Of a stretch of DNA of 64,000 nt, positions 60,913-64,000 are shown piece after piece. Source of the DNA: an uncultured delta proteobacterium (GTDB lineage: Bacteria > Desulfobacterota > Zymogenia > Zymogenales > Zymogenaceae). The translations under genes and the position numbers were made by a program. The notes beneath the pieces are model-generated. The model did not search any database. It had not been told where the DNA came from and worked only from the letters and a program-made list of their open reading frames with translations. Each line of letters begins with the position of its first letter. Position 1 is the first letter of the stretch. Location of the stretch: the NCBI GenBank assembly GCA_963792965.1, contig CAWBYW010000005.1, positions 33,064 through 97,063 of the forward strand. Reading direction: 5' to 3'.

Positions 60913-62649
60913 CTAAAATTCATAGGTAAGCGTATTGATCCACCGGAAGATCGGTCCCCAGCTCTCTCTGTCGCCGCCGGCGATGCCGTTCTCGCGGTAA
61001 TCAAAGGCGGACCCGGTGAACAGGACGCCGAACTCCGAATTGAGGCTCAGGCCGTCCAGGATCTGATAGGTCGCGCCAAGGTCGACTTCCCAACCAAGCT
61101 GATCACTGACCCCCGCGGGGACAAATTCCTCGCCCGCCGAGAGGGGGCTCGGTGTGATGTAGTTCATCGGATGGCCGTAGAAGGCGTTCCAGTTGTGGAC
61201 GAGGGCGCCGGCGCTGTTACGCGCGTACCGCCCAACGGGCTCCGTGTACTTGGCCCAGATGAAAGCGCCGTGGATGTCCAACTTCTCGATGGGGTCGGTT
61301 GACCAGTACATCTTGACGGCCGTGACGTTTTCTTCGTTGTCGCCCAGGCCCAACGGCGAATTGGCGATGGAGGCCAACAGCTGCTGGTTACCCCAGACGA
61401 TGATGTTGCCGAAATGGAAGTCGTCGTTGCCGGTCGTGTTGAAGTTGAAGTGCTTCTGTGAGAACGGGGTCCAGTGCTCTTCGCCCGACCCGTAGAGGAA
61501 TGCCAGTCCGAGTTTCATGAAGTCGAAATCGTAGGAGATGTCGGCGTAGGCGTTCAGGCCGTCAACACCGAGTTCCTGGGGCAGACGCTGGGTGGGGAAA
61601 GCACCGCCGACTTCTGCATTCAGGACTGCATTGAACTGTTCGCCGGTCGCATTGAGTTTCGCCGAGCCCCAGATCTTCGTGATCTCGCCCTTGACGTCGA
61701 GTTTATCGTTGAAGAACTTCGCTTCGCCGTAAAGGCCCGCGATGTAGAGGTTGGCGCCGTACAGGCCCATGCGGCCGAGGCCCGCGTTGGGACCCACTCC
61801 GAGCGGGTTCGGCCACAGGCCGCCGATCGGGTCCGCCCCAAATGCCGGGTTAAGGAAGTTCAACTCACCCCTGAAGGACCCGGGGAAGAGGTTGATGCCG
61901 TTGATCCCCCGCACCAGGAGCGTCGCCGCGATGGCGTTGGGATCGAGGATCCACTGGAAGAGGCCGCCGACTTTGTATTTGTCCGTCACGTAATGGGCGG
62001 TCACGACGTAGGTGTCGGTATCCGAGTTGTAGTACCGGGAACCCGGTCCGCCGGCGGCGTCGATGGCGCCGCGATGGGGCCACGCCTGGAAGAATCCGGC
62101 CGGCAGGCCCGCGAGGTTGTCAAGCACGTTCTGGCAGTAGTCCAGATACTTGATGTAGCTCGCCGTGGCGATAAAATTGCCGACCTTTATCCCGTAGGTG
62201 ACGCCGGGGTTGTTGGTCCCGTTGCCGTTGATCCCGCTGTCCGACCAGATACCGAAGCCGAAGCGGCTCGTCCCGTTCGTACCGAGCTGGAACAACCCGA
62301 CAGGCGTGATCGCCTCGATGTAGGCCGTGTTGATGAAACCATCGGTCGTGCCGGTGCTGTTGTTGAACCGGAACCCTCTCTGGTTACCCCAGATGTCCTC
62401 GGCAAGGTCGATGATCACGACGGCCTTGAGGTACTCGCTCCGCTTGTGGGTGATGGTCAGACGGAACCTCTGGTCGAAGTAGCCGGTGTACAAAGCATTG
62501 TCGAAATCCGTCGGCTGCTTCTGCAGGTTAAAGTCCATCACTGAGCGGATTCGATAGCTACCCGTGAAGGTTGTCTCCGCCGAAAAGGAGGGGGCGGCAA
62601 TGACAACCACCACAAGGGCGGCTATTGCCAAAATCCATAATTTCCTCAT
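60913..62649 (-). CDS. Outer-membrane beta-barrel porin (paralog 1)
   Basis: Signal peptide SFS|AE; FTGSYRIR, YFDQRFRL; LGWEVDLG; C-terminal NTLTYEF. Confidence 0.82.
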   Translation of the reverse strand: MRKLWILAIAALVVVVIAAPSFSAETTFTGSYRIRSVMDFNLQKQPTDFDNALYTGYFDQRFRLTITHKRSEYLKAVVIIDLAEDIWGNQRGFRFNNSTGTTDGFINTAYIEAITPVGLFQLGTNGTSRFGFGIWSDSGINGNGTNNPGVTYGIKVGNFIATASYIKYLDYCQNVLDNLAGLPAGFFQAWPHRGAIDAAGGPGSRYYNSDTDTYVVTAHYVTDKYKVGGLFQWILDPNAIAATLLVRGINGINLFPGSFRGELNFLNPAFGADPIGGLWPNPLGVGPNAGLGRMGLYGANLYIAGLYGEAKFFNDKLDVKGEITKIWGSAKLNATGEQFNAVLNAEVGGAFPTQRLPQELGVDGLNAYADISYDFDFMKLGLAFLYGSGEEHWTPFSQKHFNFNTTGNDDFHFGNIIVWGNQQLLASIANSPLGLGDNEENVTAVKMYWSTDPIEKLDIHGAFIWAKYTEPVGRYARNSAGALVHNWNAFYGHPMNYITPSPLSAGEEFVPAGVSDQLGWEVDLGATYQILDGLSLNSEFGVLFTGSAFDYRENGIAGGDRESWGPIFRWINTLTYEF

Positions 62650-62883
62650 TAAATACCTCCTGATTTTCCACTAAATGTTATTTCCGGCTGTAAATTTGAA
62701 AAACCGTTCGTTTTCCAACCAGGAAAAGTTTCGGCTGTCTCTTTCCATTCATGACAGCCGGCCTTGATCATCACCTCCTTTCATATTGTTATTTTATTTA
62801 GTTCGGGGCCGCCGGGGGTGTTCACATCCGAGAGGGGGTGCCGGCAACCCGGGAATATCCAACAATAGTCACAAATTTATCCT

Positions 62884-62912
62884 TTTTTACCACCCCCAAA
62901 AAGCGAAGTCAA
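62884..62912 (-). promoter_or_regulatory. Putative sigma70 promoter of the porin operon (long leader)
   Basis: Minus strand TTGACT-N17-TAAAAA with TGn extension. Confidence 0.45.
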
Positions 62913-63172
62913 GAAAAAAATTAAAGAAATCTAATTGAGCCTTTCTAATCTTACGCGGCCGCGCCGGTATGCGGGGCCAAAGCGCTGCCTCGGCCGACGG
63001 GCCCGCCCATGCGGCGGAAATCCGGATGGTAATGGAAGGATTGGTTTATTTTCTTGCAGTGAGGACGGACGCGGGCCGCGGCGCGCCAACCGGACGCCCC
63101 GAGGGCAGGTAGGAGCTTTTCAGTCGTACTCTTGGCGGCGGCGACGCCGGGTATCAAACGCGTCGCCGACCC

Positions 63173-64000
63173 TTACTTCACCATGATGTCGATATGTTGG
63201 GCGCACCAGCGCAGAAAAGACGCCTTTACAAAGGGGATCGTTACCACGAAGAAACCCGCCACGGCAAGCAGGAGGATCCACTGGTTAAGGCCGGCCGCGC
63301 CGAGGATATAGTTGATCACGAGGGCAGAAATGCATATCGCCAGCAGGAGGTAGACGTATCCGAACAGCGGTCTCGATTTGCCGGAGAACTCAAACTCGAT
63401 CGTCCTGTCCAGCCCGATGACGTTCGTATACCTCAACAGCCATGCGATCACCCCGCGGAGGAGCGACGGGAGGATCAGGAAGAGGAACAGCGGTGATATC
63501 ACGGCGCCGATCCCGTACCAGAAGAGGCTCCCCCCCGTCCCGGAGAAGGTCGGTTTGAGCTCGGTATCCTTTCCCGTGATCAGGGTGCTCTCAAGGCACC
63601 ACTGAAACGCGGCGGTCGCGGCCCACGGGAGGGGCAGCCCCGCGACAAAAAACGAGAAAATGATCTTTAGCCCGTGCCAGAGGGCCGTGCGCCCCTTGCC
63701 GGAAAAGGTGAGCGTGTAGGGCACGGAGTCCACCTGGATCTTCGTGTGCCCCACCGTATATCGCTTCTTGGCGGCCCAGAGCCACGCCAGGGGGATGAGG
63801 AGCAGCACCGAGGCAAGCACGAGGGCGACCTGGGCGATCCCCGTCACGGTGCCCGTGATCCCCCACCAGAACAGGAAACCGGATATCCAGAGGATCACGA
63901 GCGCCGGCACCCAGTATTTTAAGAGGCCCAGGCCGCTGCCGTCAAACGAGAAGACGACCTTCTTTCCGGAGTTCGTGCATTGGATGTTCTTGTAAAGCCA
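63173..64000 (-). CDS. DUF898/YjgN-like repeated-unit membrane protein (5' end outside the window)
   Basis: Frame open to the window edge; repeated F(D/S)G(S/K/T)G motif followed by TM pairs and W. Confidence 0.6.
   Translation of the reverse strand, partial: WLYKNIQCTNSGKKVVFSFDGSGLGLLKYWVPALVILWISGFLFWWGITGTVTGIAQVALVLASVLLLIPLAWLWAAKKRYTVGHTKIQVDSVPYTLTFSGKGRTALWHGLKIIFSFFVAGLPLPWAATAAFQWCLESTLITGKDTELKPTFSGTGGSLFWYGIGAVISPLFLFLILPSLLRGVIAWLLRYTNVIGLDRTIEFEFSGKSRPLFGYVYLLLAICISALVINYILGAAGLNQWILLLAVAGFFVVTIPFVKASFLRWCAQHIDIMVK

Noticed and set aside
61474-62544. 356-aa plus-strand ORF
   Set aside because: Antisense shadow of porin 1.

Overview
GC-rich bacterial chromosomal window with a Gram-negative, probably anaerobic, deltaproteobacterial/Desulfobacterota-like gene set (inference from lolA, porins, a sigma54 activator, a 2x[4Fe-4S] ferredoxin and DUF362). 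Several genes are broken by single-base indels, mostly in short G/A/T runs, which looks like long-read consensus error. The most notable locus (1.0-11.7 kb, minus strand) is a type IV minor-pilin cassette, fimT-pilV-pilX-pilW. It has a clear sigma54 promoter, tandem TGT-N11-ACA-type enhancer sites and an adjacent PilR-like activator. After frameshift repair, PilX is about 790 aa with an HpsA-like C-terminus, and PilW is a giant protein of about 1690 aa fused to Ig-like and two lectin-like beta-sandwich domains. No pilY1 is present in the cassette. The rest of the window holds zur-znuACB, a DUF1611-like/aspartoacylase/FAD-oxidoreductase operon, a Gfo/Idh/MocA gene with an in-frame TGA, an S45 acylase, ilvE, a fatty-acyl-CoA catabolic cluster, glgC, PilZ and stand-alone LigD phosphoesterase genes, MEMO1, pncB, glpD, fdx-eno, an apbE-NusG-II-Gx-transporter trio, dksA, rimO-lolA-ftsK-uppP, a split acyltransferase pair and two tandem paralogous porins. 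I saw no rRNA, tRNA, CRISPR array, transposase or reverse transcriptase. All family calls come from motif recognition by eye, not from database searches.
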